Assembly: GCA_050575255.1 (NCBI GenBank) | Contig: JBNZDD010013656.1 | Span: forward strand, 1,210,706 to 1,274,705 | Length of the DNA stretch: 64,000 nt | Direction of reading: 5' to 3' | From: Harriotta raleighana | Lineage: Eukaryota | Shown: positions 63,060-64,000 of the stretch, piece after piece | How positions within the stretch are numbered: position 1 is the first letter of the stretch | How the letters are laid out: each line of letters starts with the position of its first letter | Position numbers and translations under genes: made by a program | Notes under the pieces: model-generated | Database searches by the model: none | Seen by the model: the letters and a program-made list of their open reading frames with translations, nothing else | What the model was told of the DNA's origin: nothing

Positions 63060-63230
63060 AAATAAATAAATAATAATAATCCCTGCATTTGATATAGTGC
63101 CTTTCATACTGGGAGTACGATTAAAAATACTTCAGAGAATTTACTGTAGAGTGTAGCAATTGTGTATTGTATTGGCGAATGCAGCAGCCAATTTGCACAC
63201 AGCAGTGTCCCACAACCAGCCATGAGTGAC
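63060..63230 (-). mobile_element. Deu-SINE 3' half
   Basis: Reverse-complement tail and Deu core 'gcagccaatttgcacacagcagtgtcccacaa'. Confidence 0.8.
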
Positions 63231-63624
63231 AAAGGGTAATAAGCACACTATATCTGTCAGATTGTGTGTTCCCTTGACTAAAATAAAGCTGCTGGTCTCA
63301 ATGTATCCCTCCTATTGTGGCCCCATGTTTTGTGCCATGTCTCCTCTGCCTCTAATTTTTTCAGTCTATTTTTCCTTCTTCTTGAAAAAGTACTCGCATT
63401 CACCCTTCACTCTATCCCCCAGAGGGTAATTCCTTTTATCCTTCAAACTACCGTTCCGTCTTTCATTGGAACTGCCGTCAACTCCAAAATTATCCACCAT
63501 TAGGGGTGTTCTGAACTAATCCATAATCACACATTTTCAACATGGTCACTCCACCAGCATCTTTGTGCCTATGTTACTTTCTTCTGGAAATCTACTCGTG
63601 AACAATTTGGCGACTCAATTGTCA

Positions 63625-63800
63625 TCACCTTTGACATTTCTAAAGCCTTCCACAATTGTGTAATTGCCAGTTGTGCCCATAACTATCTGTTTTTTTTCTC
63701 AAACCAATCTATCAGTGTCGTGTTTGAAAGTGTATCATCTGACTGTTTTCCCATCAACTCAATGGTTCTCAGGGTTCTCTTCTCTCACCCACTTTGGGGT
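63625..63800 (+). mobile_element. Non-LTR reverse transcriptase relic
   Basis: 'DISKAF' followed by a frameshifted 'FPINS..QGSLLSPTL' (GVPQGS.LSPTL motif). Confidence 0.6.
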
Positions 63801-64000
63801 GAAGTTTGCGATGGTTAAAAAATTGCTTGTGTTACTTTTTGACAGTTTTAAACTCTGCTCCCATGTTCCTTTAGCATATCAATTATATCCTCCACTCATT
63901 TTGCATCCTTCGTCATGCTGGTGATTCCTCTTGAAATGTGCAGTATAAATAAAAATTGTTCTCGACATCAGCGCTCACCTTTTCACATGTATGATTGCTA

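Noticed and set aside
2843-63230. Recurrent ~30-40 bp tail motifs that might suggest a CRISPR-like array
   Set aside because: Dispersed, in both orientations and irregularly spaced; they are SINE/LINE tails in eukaryotic DNA, and no cas genes are present.

Overview
Eukaryotic, AT-rich and CpG-poor (judged by eye), repeat-rich DNA. I recognise no intact protein-coding gene, and the ORF track appears to be chance ORFs plus decayed transposon reading frames. The repeats are many copies of a tRNA-headed, Deu-domain SINE with an L2-type (TTA)n tail, L2 LINE 3' fragments with (TTG)n tails, CR1 LINE fragments, a Penelope-like piece and LF-SINE-like relics. This set points to intronic or intergenic DNA of a cartilaginous fish, most likely a holocephalan such as Callorhinchus (inference). 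Notable items: a decayed 28S rRNA fragment (29378-29737), a Harbinger transposase relic (14140-14460), an RNase H-like relic (about 58400-58760), a nested CR1/L2 insertion with a duplicated L2 tail, a ~164 bp inverted duplication linked to a 37 bp direct duplication (39941-41077), a 25 bp-stem hairpin made of tail-to-tail L2 ends (42256-42311), several orphan exon candidates, and unique homeobox-motif-rich blocks that may be conserved enhancers. No prokaryote-type system (CRISPR, operon) is present, and I cannot support a claim of a novel multi-gene system. Repeat boundaries are approximate and family calls rest on recalled consensus sequences, not database searches.
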